From the human T2T-CHM13v2.0 reference genome, Homo sapiens: a stretch of DNA of 64,000 nt. A program made the position numbers and the translations under genes. The notes below the pieces were generated by a model. It was given only the letters and a program-made list of their open reading frames with translations. It had not been told where the DNA came from and made no database searches. The stretch lies in NCBI RefSeq assembly GCF_009914755.1, contig NC_060928.1; one strand, given 5' to 3'. Shown here piece after piece: positions 63,298 to 64,000 of the stretch (positions within the stretch are counted from its first letter, which is position 1; each line of letters starts with the position of its first letter).

Positions 63298-64000
63298 TGA
63301 AGTAAGAGAATATAGTAGTTTCGATGTGGATGGCAACGGAAAATTATGGGAGTAGGTGAAACAACTTAGGGATAAAGCTTAGAGAAAGAAGGAAAGAGAG
63401 CCAGGATCCTCCCCCAATGAATTATTGTGAGAGGTTACAAATTCAAACGCTAGAGGGGACAGGTAGATAGTGTGAATAAGTGAGGCAGACATTGTGATAA
63501 GAACTGGAAATCAAGAGTCTCATCAAAATCTGCTATTTTATACTCACATTTTTGCCTGACAAAATAATGAACCCCAGATTGGCAGATTTTCCATATTTTT
63601 AAGGAAAGCTTCAAATAAATATGTTTAAATTTGAACTTCTTTAGTTTTTAAAAGTTGCCAATGAATTTTACTAAAATTAAATAAAATATTTGTAAAAATC
63701 AGTATCTTGTGTGAGACAATCCTGGTGGCCTGATCAAATAAATAAAACCTGTGACTGTTTCACATCATCTCATCATCTGAATGTATTCAAATTTTATGCC
63801 CCCCATTATATTATATTACTTATGCCTTAAGCCAATTCTATTAGTTTCTACAAGGTGGCACATAAGAGAGAATGTAGAGAAAATAGAGGAGAGAGAGGTA
63901 TAGAAAGAAAATCAAAATAGACATTGTTTATGGAAGATTGATCAGAAAGGACTAATTTCCTCAAGAATCTGCTGTTATTTTTCACCACCTAATCAGTAAG

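Overview
AT-rich, CpG-poor primate (probably human) genomic DNA with no recognisable protein-coding exon, CpG island, tRNA or rRNA. It looks intergenic or deep-intronic and is dominated by transposon relics. These include a full-length dead L1PA7/8-like LINE-1, three young 5'-inverted L1PA insertions, several ancient L1M pieces, about ten Alus, MaLR/ERVL solo LTRs, a class III ERV remnant with a tRNA-Ser-like primer binding site, a MER4-group ERV ending in a MER41 LTR cut at its poly(A) site, MER58A, MIR/L2 fragments and microsatellites. Long ORFs are L1/ERV remnants or Alu/microsatellite artefacts. I found no convincing novel biological system. The most notable items are the likely L1-processed ERV retrocopy, the three twin-primed L1s with large internal gaps, an 88-bp near-perfect palindrome, two spaced direct duplications and a uniform + strand orientation of L1s. 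Subfamily names come from recalled diagnostic motifs, not a database search, and boundaries of old elements are approximate.
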